A stretch of 64,000 nt of DNA, taken from Paramecium tetraurelia. Lineage: Eukaryota. The notes below the pieces were generated by a model. It was not told the origin of the DNA. It did no database searches and worked only from the letters and a program-made list of their open reading frames with translations. Positions within the stretch are counted from its first letter, which is position 1. The number at the start of each line of letters is the position of its first letter. This document shows positions 38,122 through 54,076 of the stretch, one piece after another. The translations under genes and the position numbers were made by a program. The stretch spans positions 186,001 through 250,000 of the forward strand of contig CT868649.1 in the NCBI GenBank assembly GCA_000165425.1, in the 5' to 3' direction.

Positions 38122-39344
38122 AACCTATTCATTTGCTATGTGAGCTTCTATAAATTCCCATCAAATAATTAAAGGCTTCTATATTTGCTAAATATACATT
38201 TTCAAACCTTCATTTATTTTTATTTTTTATTATAAATATCTATTATTTACAAGTTCTCTAATTATTTTATTATGGATTATATTATACTTGAGAAAGTCTA
38301 AATAATTATTTTCGAACTTAAATTAATTTTAGATATTTATAATTTAATAAATTTATATTGAATAATAAGTATCATCAATTGATCTTTTTCTCATAGATGC
38401 TTCTCTTTAATCAAAGTTAAATATGTATAATATATTTTGCTTGGATAATCTTGTGGGAAAAATTTCGGTTATCATGTAATTCTTATATTTTTTCAAAATT
38501 AATATTTCTTTGATTTAATTATTTTAAATTATTTATGAATAATTAATATTAGATATTAATTCTTGTAATTGAGGAACTTTAACCACAATGAACCAAAAAT
38601 ACAGAGGTATGGCCTTATATATATGATTATTCTAAGATGTCATATAAAAAGAGATCAATCTTCCATTTGTTAACTTACTATGTAAAAGAAGTAATTAAAC
38701 TGTAAATTTTTGGCAATCTTGTACTTCAAATAAGTATTAAAAAGTATTTAATACATTTTATCTAAAAATAGTATTGAGTTTTAAGTGTTTTTCTCAAATA
38801 TTTCTCTATATAATCAAACCCCAAAAATTATTTTAATTGAAAATTTTCATAACATTATGAATATTATTTTGTAAATTTACGGAATCAAACAAGAGCTAGA
38901 AGCCGACCAAACTAATTAATTAGCGCTATGAATACTATTACTATTGAAATAGTAAAATTTATTAAGTGCTTGCGAGTATAATTTTTAATAATGACGATCA
39001 AATTTGAAATATTACTATCAATCATTATTTCAACAATAAACAGGCTTAATCAAGAAAAAATGGTTCTAAAGCCTTAGATGTGCTTATATTAATTTATCAT
39101 AATAACATTGATGAAAAAGATGATATCAAAAGGTTCAGAGTTATTTATAAAAATAAATATTATATCGGTCTCATCTATATTAGATTAAACTATATTAATA
39201 TTTGTAGTTAGATGTCATAAATAATAATTAAAGTCAATATCTAAAAAGTATATTTAATTTTAATAAATCTATTCGGTATATCGCTAGAATATATGAAAAT
39301 CTAAATAATTTATTATGATTAAAAAAAAAAATATTAATCATCAT

Positions 39345-39959
39345 TCATTAAAGAATTAATTAAAAAGCCTAGTGTTGATTTAATAAAATTTGTTTGGCTT
39401 CTTTAATTTGTTGAGAGATTAATTTATTTTCTTTAATTTATTGTCTATCAAAATTATATTAGTTTTTAGAGTGAGTAATTTAGTTTTCTTTGATATTAAA
39501 ACTTTAACGTGGCTCGTTAACTAATTATTATTAAATTTAAGTTAAAGATTTGCAATTTAATGAAGATTAAATTGTTCTTACCTTTTTTAAAAGACTATTT
39601 GATAATGTATTAAGACTATAATTTATATTGGCTTACTGGCACTCCTGATCATCATGATAAATCTCAGAAGGAATATCCTTAAAATTATATTAATTCAAAG
39701 GAAAATGACCACCCTGCATAATCTCAATATGCAAAAAGTCAGATCCTAATTACAAGTCTATTTGGCCAGTTTATTTGCAAACTTATACCATTGATATTGA
39801 TCTCTTAAGGAAAAATTTTCGATTTCTTTTTTCTTTTTTCTTCAAATTTTCCTCATTAATAGAGCTATTTTCTATATTTTAAACTAGCGAATTGTGGCTG
39901 TATTTTTATTTTTAGAGATTTTCTTTATCCTTCACTATTTCAGAGCCTGATGTATTCAT
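39345..39959 (-). CDS. 204-aa hypothetical protein
   Basis: Codon-by-codon TGA-free frame MNTSGSEIVKDKE..AFQLILQ-TGA. The frame stays open upstream to about 40146, so the true start may be earlier. Confidence 0.55.
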
Positions 39960-40305
39960 TGAAATGTTATTTAATTAATCTAATACAAATTTATAAAGAT
40001 TTAAATTTTTAAAGTCTTCATTTATGAAATCATTAATAATAAAACAATAGTCATTTAATTTAGATGATGTAAAGAATTTTATATTATGAGAAGGGTTAAT
40101 AAATAATTTCTAAATTTTTAAACCGTATATCACACTTACTAATTATCACCATTTTCTTTAGAATTAATTTTTAAAAAATTGATTAAAATAAAATACTTGA
40201 TAATATTGAAGAATAGAACAAATTAGAAAAAAATTGAATCTAAAATTTTTCGGTTTTTGTACAAATCCTAAAAATTATTTAAAAAAAATTTATCAAATAT
40301 TTCAA

Positions 40306-40832
40306 TCATCTAAGCATTTTCAAATATTGATTATTTAACACTTTTTTTATGTTAACTAATTATTCATCCAAACTAAGTTTTTTACTAATATTATGTTCAC
40401 TCATAGTATTTTTGATTTCTGAATATATTTATTAAGACAGAATGTTAAATATCTGGTTATTCAAAGCATTTATGTTCCTCTCTTTCTTATTAATTAGAAA
40501 AGTATTATTTTATTCAAACAACTTAATTTCTCCTGTGACAACATCAATAACAATATTTTAACATTTACATATTTATCTTTTTTTTCTTTATTTCGAAAAG
40601 AAATTATTGACATCTCTTTGATAATTTCTAAAAATATGCTTAGCTGTAGAATACTTCAATTTGTGAAGCTTAGCTGCCTAATTTAATTATGGATGAAAAC
40701 AACCTAATAAACAGTCAAATGATCCTTGTTCACACTATGAATCAAATTGAATTTGACTTGCTAATCAATATTTAATCTTTTTCTTTAGAAAGGTTTCTGA
40801 GAATTCTCCACTTTCTCTTAAATTTTAATCAT
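40306..40832 (-). CDS. small helix-turn-helix (homeodomain-like) protein
   Basis: RKRLNIDQQVKFNLIHSVNKDHLTVYQ|AAKLHKLKYSTAKHIFRNY; one 26-nt intron gives 166 aa. Confidence 0.75.
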
Positions 40833-41641
40833 CTTTTAATAATGAATAATTAAGATTTTAATAAATATGTCTAATTAATTTATGTTATCACGTAATTAGT
40901 TTTGATTAAAAAATAGTATAATTAATATAAATTCGTTTAGAAAAAAGTCAACAAAAAATGTATTTTTATCTCAACTTTCCTGAATTAAGTTTATTTTTCT
41001 AAATTGCTTTAATCATAAGTAAATTCAAATTCTAAAAATATAACTTTTGCAGAATTATCTTTTCTTAATTTATCGCAGAAGCAAAGCCAATTAGCTGTTG
41101 ACAGGTGATGATAAATACCTAAAATATATATTTGGACATATATACATGAAATTAGAGGAAAATATGAGGGCAAAAAAAGAAGTAATTGTAGAGGTGAATA
41201 ACTTTTTTATAAGTATCAATAGGAAAAGTTAAATATGATGATCCATTTTATCTTGAGAAACCTTAATTTTTAATTCTAATTATGTTGGCAATTAATTCGC
41301 AATTCCACATTTTGGAAAGTGTCTTAATAATCCAGTATTGAAAATTTAATGAAAGTTAACTTTGTGGAAATGGGTTGTATGATTATTTAATTGTTGTAAC
41401 TTTACCTAAAAAACTCTGAATAGTAACTCAATAGGTTTTAGTTGGTTAATATATATTTATTTTTAATATTTATACTTTTTTCAAATATTTTAGATGTAAA
41501 TTAAAATTTATAGATGAACTATTATGAATCAATTTTTAGTAGAAATAGAGTTAAATTTCTTAAGTGTCTTTGAAATCTAGTTAAAAATTCTTTATTAAAT
41601 AAAGCAACATTTATAATTCATTTTATTTTATTTTTCAATAA

Positions 41642-43934
41642 ATGGACTTAAGATGGTTATAGGATGACGATAACTTAGCAAGTATTTAAGTTCTTTATTA
41701 TTGATAAGCTGCAGATTAATGCGACCATTTTAATGCATCTTTCATTAGTTCTCCAAATAGATCATAAATAGGAAAAACAATAAAAAATTAATACACTGCA
41801 GTTGAATTCACCGACACTTTGGGGAAGATATTTTAAGTAATTGATTATATTAATACATAGGCTATAAAGGAGAAAAATTTGAAACAAGTTTAAAACTTAG
41901 TGAATACACATCAACAAAGATCAAACAATTTGGGAGGAGATCCAGAATTTAGATGGGACATCATTAATGATTTAAGTCTAAATTGGTCTCCTCTTCATCA
42001 TTCCATTTATTTGGGTTGCGAATAAATATTTATGTGGTTTTTAAGCCTAGGAGGTGATATTACATCGATTACTTACGATGGCTATTCTGCTTTAACTTTG
42101 GCTGTTTTATCAAAAAGTGAATTAATGGTCAATCTATTGATTGCATAACCAAACCTAAATGTTAACCATGTATCACGGAAAGGATCAGCTTTGCATATTG
42201 CAGCATAATCAAATCAAATTGCCATTTTGGAATTACTGTTGCAACACCCCAACATCAATTTGAATATATACAATGATCAATTACAATAACCTATCGATTT
42301 AGCAACAGGAAAGGCTAAAAAGTTGCTATAAAAAGAAATATAATAACGTACGGATGTATATTAGGAATAATCAAAATCCTAAATATCAATAAAGAGTTTA
42401 GACAATTGTCAAATAAATACAATAGATGTAAATTACTTAAATTATTATCCAGACATTCCTTATCAACAGACCAAAGAAGCCGCCTGTTTACAAAGGATAC
42501 GTTGAGAAGTTGCACTTTTCCCACTTATATTCCTATTAAAGATATATAGTTGTAGATCCGGAGTGTGGAACTTTGGTGAGATTCCAAAATAAAGAAAACT
42601 GCCCTTTAAATCCCAAAGAGACAATACCACTTTAAAATATATATAATCTGTAGATAATTGTTAAAGATAGAACATTTGGTAACTATTCAATTTAATTGTT
42701 GATTGAATACAATGAAAAAAAAATATATTTTCTTTTTTAAACTAAATAAACTGCATAAATGTGGTATGATTCAATCAAAACAGCAGCAGGATATTCAAAA
42801 TATGTGAAATATAAGATAGATTAATACTGTTAAAAAAATGAAGGATAAAAGGTATTTAATCAAGTCAATAGCTTATTATTGGATATGAATAATTAGTCAA
42901 TAGAGATTGATTAATAAATTAATGAAGAGTAATAAAAGGAACAGAATATTGAAGTAAAGAAAAAATAAAAAAAACAGTTGTTCGATAATCTTAAATTCTC
43001 AGATTTTTTTATTTTGGAAATTCTTTAGAAAGGGTCCTTTGGCACAATTTATAAGGCTAAATATTTCAAAGATGAAAAGATGTATGTTTTAAAGTAATAA
43101 AACAAAGATTAACTCAGAAAGTTTTCTTAACTTGATTATGCAATCAATGAAGTAAAACTCTTAAGAAAGATAAATCATCCCTTTATTATTAGTGTAAATG
43201 GGTTATTTTAAACTAAACAAAATTTGTATTATTAAATGAAATATTATGAAAAAGGAGACCTGTCTGAATATATAGGATAGGGTTGTGTTTTATCTGAGAA
43301 TGTATCTAAGATTTTGGTCGCATAAGTAATATTAGCAATTGAATACTTACATTCAATCAATATCATATATAGAGACCTGAAGCCGATGAATATCTTAGTA
43401 AGTAAAAATGGGTTCTTAAAGTTGGCTGATTTGGGATTGGCTAAGGAAATTATAAATGATAGGGTTGCCTTATCATTTTGTGGATCTCCTGCTTATTTGG
43501 CCCCTGAAATCATAAAAGGTGATGGTGCAACCTAGTCTGTTGATGTATATGGAATAGGAGTCTTGCTATATGAAATGTTGAGTGGATATCCTCCTCATTA
43601 CGTAAAAAATATAGACTTAATGCTGGAGAGAATTTAATATTGTCCTATTGATTATGATAGAATAAAATCAAAAATGGCAGTCAAAATCTTGAAGGAACTG
43701 CTTTAGCGAGATTAGACGCAGCGTCCAAATTTGGCAGAGATAAAGAATCATATATTTTTTGCTGATATTTGTTGGAATAAACTACTGACTAAAAGTATGC
43801 TTCTTCCGAAATTGATAAAGAGAAACAAGGAGTAAATTATTAATTAACAAAAATTTTCAGAAGCAATTATTGATGAAGACTATTTGGATGAGGAGGAGAA
43901 GCTCAATTATATTGAGAATTGGAGTATGTCATGA
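41642..43934 (+). CDS. ankyrin-repeat + PH-domain + AGC-family protein kinase
   Basis: [47 protein letters not shown]. Kinase: [28 protein letters not shown]. Confidence 0.9.
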
Positions 43935-43970
43935 ATGTAAATTTGCTTTAATATACATAAATCTATGAAA

Positions 43971-44905
43971 TCATTAAACTTCTTCAAATTAGTCAAGGTT
44001 AACATCAGAGTCTTCAGTGACAAACCCATCACTATTTTGTTATTCATCCCCTCTATCAAATATATTTTCAATTTCATCAACTTAGGTTTCTAGTTTGCTA
44101 AGCATTTTTTCTTTTTTTTATTATTTTTTTGAAGCAAAATCCTTTTCCTTTTTAATTTCCAATTTCTTTTCCAATCTAACCTTAGCCTATGTTACATAAC
44201 CTGTATCCTTCCATAATTAAGCTCCTTATATGCAACCTTCAAGAATAATGATGGGTTTTAAAACAAGTCTAGGTCCAATTTCGACAAGTTAATTTTTGAC
44301 AATTTCCTTTCCAGCCTTTTCATATTGGATTTCGTAATTTCTAATCCAAATATTATTATTTTCTGGGCTTTCCTTTATAAAAGAGAAGACTCTATCGCAA
44401 CAAGGAGCACTTTTTGGATGATGTTTGGGCACGTTAATGGCATGGATAAAAAGTTCCTTTTATAAAATCATTAAAGGGTCTTCAGTGAATGACCCGTCAA
44501 ATGAGAGAATTGGTCGACTTCCTTTCATGCAATTTCCAGTTAGTTTCAAATCTTAGCAATTATGCCCTTATAATATGAATATTGTAATTTACAGTTTTCA
44601 ATATAGTATTTGATGGAAGGACCATTGGGAAATCTTCCAATCCATAGATACAATTCATGTTTTCTATGCACTTCAAAATAAATGAAACTTCTGCATGAAT
44701 GTTGCATGCATAATTCTTTAATTTATTTAGATGTATCTCCTTTTTCAAGTTTAGTTTCTTTTTTAGAATGAGGAAGTAATTCATGTAAATCCATAAACAA
44801 CTATCTGATTCGATCAGAAATGTTTTTGGATGTGACTATCAATGTTCTTTATTTATTCACCCATTTGGTTTCTTTTTGATTTGGGAATATATTGTCAATG
44901 TCCAT
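43971..44905 (-). CDS. BRX1: ribosome biogenesis protein BRX1 (Brix domain)
   Basis: WVNKQRTLIV..LLPHSKKE; LKLTGNCMKGSRPILSFD; VPKHHPKSAPCCDRVFSF; IWIRNYEI; LVEIGPR. Confidence 0.95.
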
Positions 44906-44962
44906 TAATATAAATTTAATTGTATTAATAATATTTGTTTGATGCATATTATAATATGTTTG

Positions 44963-46555
<1,593 letters not shown>

Positions 46556-47151
46556 GTTTTAATAATATAATTACAAATTTAACTACTAATACAATAATTT
46601 GGTATTAATAATGTCATTCAAGTATTTATATACTCAATCGATTTCACTCTACCAATATTTTAAAAGCCTATCTTATATTTTGATTATATTTTAGCAATCA
46701 CTATTGGGAATTTATGTTTTATCTATTCCAAAATAATACAAACATTCTTATGATCTGATAATCATCTAAAATGAGAGCTTATTAACCTTACATTCAGAAT
46801 TATTAATAAAATATATATATATTTTTTAACTTTGATCTCACATCCACATCTGATCGTAAATCTTAGAAATCCAATATAATATTATAACTTCGTCACATTT
46901 AAATCAGACATGTATCACTTCCAAGTGTTTTATTGATAAAAATTATTTTCATTTTATAATTAACTTCTTATTAGAATACCTGAAAATTAGTATTTATAAA
47001 ATCAAACCGTGCACTTATATTTGTATACAATAAATCTTGCAATTTAATGAATTTCAAATTGCTCGTGGTGTTACTATATCACTAATAAAAGCTATTATTA
47101 TTATATTAGTTTTTTTAACTACAATTGAGAAATATTATTTTTATTTTATAA

Positions 47152-50100
47152 ATGAATTCTTAAATAATAGTATTTATACTATTATAAATTGCTTTTTTGG
47201 TTAATTGCCTTATTTATGAACCAGATCAACTTATTTTTACATCAGCTTATGATGAAGATTAATTTAAAGATGTTTGGGATATAAGTTTAAATAGAAATCA
47301 AGACTTTGACGATGTGCAAACCTATGCTTATGGATTCTGGTTAAAATACTCATTTGTTTATCCAAAATACTTGGAATAACAAAAGGATTGGCATTCAATA
47401 AGTAGATTAACTGCTCGATAGAATCACACTGATTATTAACATCCTTTAGATAGAGCTTTGTCAGTCTGGCTGAGTAAGGATTTTTATCACTTCACTACTT
47501 ACACCACTGAATACCCAGAGAAGTTTTATAATGCTAAATATGAGAGGGAATAATTAGATGGTAAATGGACTTTTGTTTACTTTGGATACTCCTATTAAGA
47601 ATGTATAGAAATATAATAAACTAGTTTTGGCTAGAGGATATATATTGTTTGATGATGATAAATTTGAAGAAGCACTCATTCCAGCAAAACATTATAGATT
47701 GGACTTCCTCAGATTTTTAATTAAACGAGAATTTAATAATTATGCCTTCAATGGGTTCTATTGCAATATATTCCTTTTAATCAATGAGCAATATCCTATT
47801 ACAGCAGAAGAATTGAAAATTTATGCGTATGAGTAATATCCGTTATTGTTCAATTTAAATGAAATATTTTAATAATAAACATTATTAGAACATCAGGAAG
47901 AGACATTTTATGATAAACAAATATTTAAATAGTTTGAGTTTTCAGAGATTGATCCATTATAGTACTCAATTTCAGGATGGTTGAAATTTAATACTCCAAT
48001 TGAATTTAAAGATCATAATTTAGTTCTGCGATTAAGCCATTCCAAAAAACTCAACTAAGGAATTTTTGATAAAATCTTTTATTTAATTTCAAACGATCAA
48101 GGATACGAATTTGAAAGCTATAATTGCATAGACAATTGTAAAATAATCAATTGGAATATACCAACTGAGAATTAAGAGAAACAATGGCATTTTGTGTATA
48201 TTGCATACGATGCAAATCGAAATAAGATTTTTCAATTTTGGAAATTCGAGGAGAAGGCTTTTGTAATCCATCATGAGTAAATTCATCATTTTTAACTCCA
48301 TGGAATTTATGTTAATTTATAAAAGGATGAATATGATCCTGGTTTTAATGGATATCTAAAAAGGTGGACATTTAATTACGGTGCTGGTGCATATCAAGAG
48401 AGTGGTTTTGAGGATGACTAAATACTTCAAGCATAATTAGGATTGATAGATTTTAATTCTCTAAATAAGACTGAGACTTGGAAATTTTAGCAAAGCAATT
48501 TGAATATAGATATCAATTTGAATTAGGATTTGTAAGAAAATGAGATTGATCCTTCTCATTTCCAAACCAATTCCTTTGAATATGGTTATGGATTCTGGAT
48601 GAGATTTCTTTACAATTGTCCATCAAAAATTGATAGTCTCACTAATTAAACTTTAGGATTGTCAAGATTCGGAACCACTTAGCAGTATAAATAAAATAAT
48701 AATCTGGGAGAGAGTACTCTTTCAGTTTATATATAAAATAATCGAATATAATTTGAATCTTATAGTGTCCTAGATAAACAATAAAAGTAGTTTTACATCA
48801 ATACTCATTTAGATAATGAATGGCTGTATTTATATACAGGATATAAGAGAATCTATAAAGAACAAGGTGTTTTTCTTGGTTGTATATACAATATTAAGGG
48901 AGTTAATAAATGCACAAATAGTTAAAATGATATTGTGCATTATTTAATTGACAATTATCTATTCTTTTCTATTGGTTCCATCGGATCAAGATTTTAAGAT
49001 ATCAAACACTTTAACGGAGATATTTAAGATGCAAACCTATACTTTGGTAAAGATAGTATTATACCGAAATTTAACAAATAAAAGACATTTCCAGAGAACA
49101 TTGCATCTAATAATTGGATTTTTAAGTAGGTTGAATAGTTCTCTAATGATCGACTTGATAAAATGCCTTCTGAATATAAATTAAATGATGTTGTCTCAGA
49201 ATATGGAGTTTAATTATGGTTTAAAAGCATTGGGAAAACAAATAATGAGTTTTAGTTTATATTTTTGTTGTCAACTAATGAGTATAGAGATTAGGTTTCA
49301 AAGCCAGGAGATATTACTTTGGGAGTGAAGATGGATTAAAATAACAATTTATATTTTTTGAGCTATTCATTCGATAAAGATGATTACTTGTAATAACAAG
49401 AGAAGAAAATAGAAATAGAAAATGAATAAGATAAAAAATAATGGACCTATATATACTTTGGACACAAGAAACATGTTTGTCTTTATTTCATATAAACAAA
49501 AACTAAAAGAGTTAAAAATTCATTTGAATGTTTCCATCATGCCTCTAAATATTTCCTTGTTTATAAGGGGTTTGATGGAAAAGAAAATGATTTATAAGGA
49601 GACATTGACTATTTTAAAGTTGATTTTGGGTTAGGATCATTTCAATCACAATTCCATCATCTAACAGAAGCATTTAAACAAGGATTGAAACTCTTTCCAA
49701 CTTCCTTTGAGTGGAAAGGCCAATTTAATAAAATTATTAATGTACCATCAATTAAATCTGGATTCCAATAAGTATTTGCTTCGAATTCAAAAATAAGTAT
49801 GGATGGCTAAAGAAATTATGGATATGGATTTTGGTCAAGATATTTAAGAGAATTCCCAGAATTAGTAAAATAGGAAGATAAGGAGTAATACATCTCAATT
49901 TCAAATTTATATTGTATACAGGCTCAAAACAAGGAACTTGAAATTATCTCCTTATATTTGAGCTAAGATAAAAAGTAATATAAGGTGAAGACTTATGATT
50001 TAAATACACACAAGTATCAAATTGGGACATTCCAATTATTGAATTAATAAGAGAATGTTTGGAACTATGTTTATTTAAGTTATAATGCAGATAAATAGTA

Positions 50101-52214
50101 AGTGGTTGGATTTATTCATCACTATAAAGAAAATAGAGTAATAAGGGTGATTCTTAAGGACATTTCTCATAAGAGCATAAATGGGAAAGCCAACTTCAAT
50201 TTAGGAAGATTTGTAAATATTGATATTTATTAATTAGTTGAATTATGAAGGGTTTAATGGTCAGATCAGTAATCTTATAATCAGATTTGATGGGAATGCT
50301 GTTGTAGATAATATTCAATAATTCTAAAGTTTGGTTGATTCATCAAAATAAATAGAGTCTAATGAAAAGTTACAAGTGTTTAAATTCATCACTCTGAAAG
50401 AAGAATCTTAGTTTAGTTAACATAATGTAGGATTAAAAGAAAATTATTTTCCTGAAGAATACTCAGTTTATGGCTGGTTTAGACCTAATCCTAGTGAATT
50501 AAACAAATAATTAATTTAAGATAATGTCATAAAGGAGTAATATGAGTTTGAATAAATTGTATTACAATTAAGTTCTTGTTTAGAATAAAATGAGGAATAA
50601 AGGTTTCGTTTTTAAATTAGAATATCTTAAAATGGATATTAATTTGTTACTTATTCCATAAATGAAGAATCACCTGCTATTTCTTGGATCCAAAATATTC
50701 TATTGGATGCTAACTTTGGTACTTGGTGTTACTTTTGGATGGGTTATTCCTAAAAACTATAATAAGTTAATGTGTACTTCAAGATAATAGATTCGGTTGA
50801 AACTAAGGTTTTCAATTATATTCAACATCATTTGACAAATAAATTTATTCTGCTTTTAAGTTCTTAAGTGTAAGATCATGCCTTTGATGGAGATCTGGCT
50901 TAAATAGGAATGGAAGTTGGAAGTGGATCATTTAAGGATAAAGCCAATCTCCCAGAATTTGAACTCAAATTAATCTAGAAAGCATATCAATTCAAAGACT
51001 ATGAAGGTGATTTCGATAAACTAAATAGACTCAATTTAATATAAGGTAAGAATGATCTAATTGGATCTACCTAATATACTGTTTAGTTGTGGACTAGATG
51101 GCTTAATGAAATATCTGATGATTCTTTTCTAGATCAAAATAGTGTGTTTAGATTTTCCAGAAATTAATAATATGAGAATTGCGATGAGAAGGGGGATAGA
51201 ACTTTAATGGTTATTATTACTACAAAATCTTATGAATTTCTAACATATAATGTGGTAAGTGATTAATGCAGTGAAAGTAAAGAAATATCCTATTAGCAAT
51301 TATTTGAAGGGTAATGGAATTTAATTTATTTTTCATATTCTAATACCTAAGATTTTATAGGAGCAAAAGGTTTTGTGTATTTCTCAAAAACTGGATAGTC
51401 TAAAGAATTAGAATTCAATGTTGAACATCTGCCATTAACCAGTTAAGCTGTACTTACAGTAGGTTAAAGGGAATTTACTTATGGTAAGTTTTTTGGATAA
51501 ATGCATGACATTTAAGTGAAGATTGGCTATGGGTTTGAGGAAGACATTACAAGCATCCTAGAGACTACTACTATACCTGATTTGGAGACTAACCAATTTA
51601 ACAAACATAATTTAGTTTAAGTTGAAAGCAGAATTGATCAGGTTGTCAATAAGAAATTCAAATCAAATCTAAATTTAGAAAGACAATATTCCTTATATGG
51701 ATGGTTTAAATATGATGGCATTACTGAATATGGCTAATTCTCTATTTTAGCAAGAGTTAGTACAGAGCCTTTGTTATCAAAAAAACTATCAGATCAAACA
51801 TTCTTGATACTGGTTAATCAACATACTATTTAATTTAAATCTTATAATTTATTACCACAATATAGTACATGTGATGAGACATTTGAAGTTATAAAGAATT
51901 ATGACTTTGTCCAACAAGAGAAATAATAATGGATATTTTTTTATATTGGATACAATTTTGATTCAAATTCATTGCAAATATATTTGAAATACAATGAAGA
52001 TTTACATGATCAATAAGAATTACTGCAAAACATATATCATTACTTGCCCTTGTAGTTTTATGTTTTCATAGGAGAGGATGATATTTATTCAAAATATTCA
52101 GGTTTAATAGATGATATTAATTTATTAACTGGATAATCAAGCTATATCGATTCAAATATCTATTAGCAATTTGGTTCTCTTAATTAAAAGTATATTGAAA
52201 ATGTTTTGAAATGA
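47152..52214 (+). CDS. large secreted protein with 8 tandem ~205-aa LamG/concanavalin-A-like repeats
   Basis: Signal peptide MNSQIIVFILLQIAFLVNC. The Y-x-x-x-x-W motif recurs at about 47323, 47963, 48581, 49202, 49816, 50460, 51075 and 51687, each followed by W-x-F/Y-x-Y-x-G/S-Y. No C-terminal TM seen. Confidence 0.8.
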
Positions 52215-52263
52215 TATCTAAAATATGAATAGCAATATATATATATATATAAATATTTTGATG

Positions 52264-52944
52264 TCAAATGAGTATAAGAGGTCTAAAAGTCTTTTTGATG
52301 GATTCAAACTTTTACTGCAACATTTCCAACTCAGGAGAGGTCTCAATCCTATCAGTCTATTGAGGTTTCTTGCTCTGATACTCAACTTGAAAAATGAATG
52401 ATAATTTACTTTTCTTAAAATAAGGGTGATAAACAATTATCCCTTCATTTGTTGTCTAAACCCTCTGTATTTAGGAATCATTTTATCTTTTTACTTATTC
52501 TGGATTCTAACTAAGATTAGTCAATAGGTTTTGAATCAATGACATAATCTAATTTAATTCATAAGGGATACTCCTTCTTCTGTTTATTCCTTTTTTTATT
52601 TTTTTAAAGCTGGCTTTTTGGGTTTTAGAACACAGAATTGAATTTAGAGATCAAAAGTTTATCCATTATCATGTGGATAGATGCAGTCTACCCAATCAGT
52701 CGTGAACCCATATTCATACACTAAAACATTGTCGTATGACTTACCTTTCTTTTATTCTTATATTTTCTTTTGTGAATACTTCTCCTACTTTTAATCTGAT
52801 TTCTTGCTTGATGGTTTTTATTCTTTGATTTCCTATAACATTTCTTTAAAGTTCTCCGTCATTTTCTTTTGCCTTGATGACTTGCGAACTATAGATTTCT
52901 ATTTGTAAAATACCTTGGTTAGGCTCTTCTTGCTTTGAACTCAT
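52264..52944 (-). CDS. hypothetical basic protein
   Basis: MSSKQEEPNQ|VRKSSRQKK..; introns of 25 and 23 nt give an open frame to TGA at 52264. Confidence 0.6.
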
Positions 52945-54076
52945 TGACTTCAATTTTTATTATTAATCAACTCAATCAAAAACTAACTTAAATAGTTATT
53001 CTAGTATAAATAACGAAATCTTATAAAACGATATTTAATAACACATTTCAATTTATCAATCACTATAATAAAGGGGATCTTCATTTTTAATTGAGAAAAT
53101 ACCTGATATAAATTATATTTTGTAATCTATCATTATGATCTATTCAAAGTTTGAATCTCTAAGATGTATAACAAATACAATCCTGCAAAACTTTCTTAGG
53201 CTTAAATTAAATTAAATTTTTATTTCTAATTCTGAAGAATTCTTTTCATACTTTTTATAATATTCTAAACAATTGAATAGTTAATAGTCGATATTTGTTA
53301 CAATTTAGCTTATTATTTATGATTAGATGAACAGTTAAAATTAGGTAGGGATAATAATATAATGTAAATTATTAAAAGAAATATAGAATGAAAAATTAAG
53401 TTTTCACAAGATATTTTCGATTAAAAATCCTAAATTAAATCAGACTGATCTTTATAATATAGTATTCATTTTATAAAAATAAGCACTTCATGATTTTTCC
53501 TCAAATTTTATTAATTATTAAGATCTAGGATTGCTGAAATATTAATTTGTTAAATATTGATTTATATTTTTCTGATGAAATGTGAAATGCTTTGATTTCA
53601 ATTAATCTGCACTAAAATGAAAATTTTGTTAATTTTCAAAATGTCTGCATTAATATTTTATAAAACGTTAACATTTCATCAGTAAGAATATTCTGATAAT
53701 TTTTGACGAAACTCTTTAAATAATCAAGATTACAAGATCTGACAGACAAATTTGGAGATGAAATTATATACTTTGATTAAGACTATTTCTAACTATATTT
53801 TATTAATAGTATGATAAGTTTCTTCAGAATTTAAATGTTTTAAAATATTAATATATATTTATAGAATTTCATCAGTTTTTGTTCTTTTATTATGATGAAT
53901 ATTGTCTTCTGATCTCAAATTGGTGTCTCAAGATAAATCAAGACATATTTTAAATATGACTTAAGATACAAGTAAATTGCAAAGACTAATTCAAATAAAC
54001 TTATTTATTTCAAGTGAAATTAGTATTCAATTAATATTTTAAATATCTCCCTTTCAGATTCTATTTAATTAACCTC

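Noticed and set aside
37430..39340. Retained IES or transposon in the long AT-rich gene-poor stretch (likewise 12230-12950 and 52950-54070)
   Set aside because: No terminal inverted repeats or transposase ORF seen. TA-bounded IESs cannot be called without a germline/somatic comparison.
39780..39880. MADS-box-like IENSS..KR..FLKR segment
   Set aside because: Spacing and key residues do not match the MADS consensus; too weak without a profile search.
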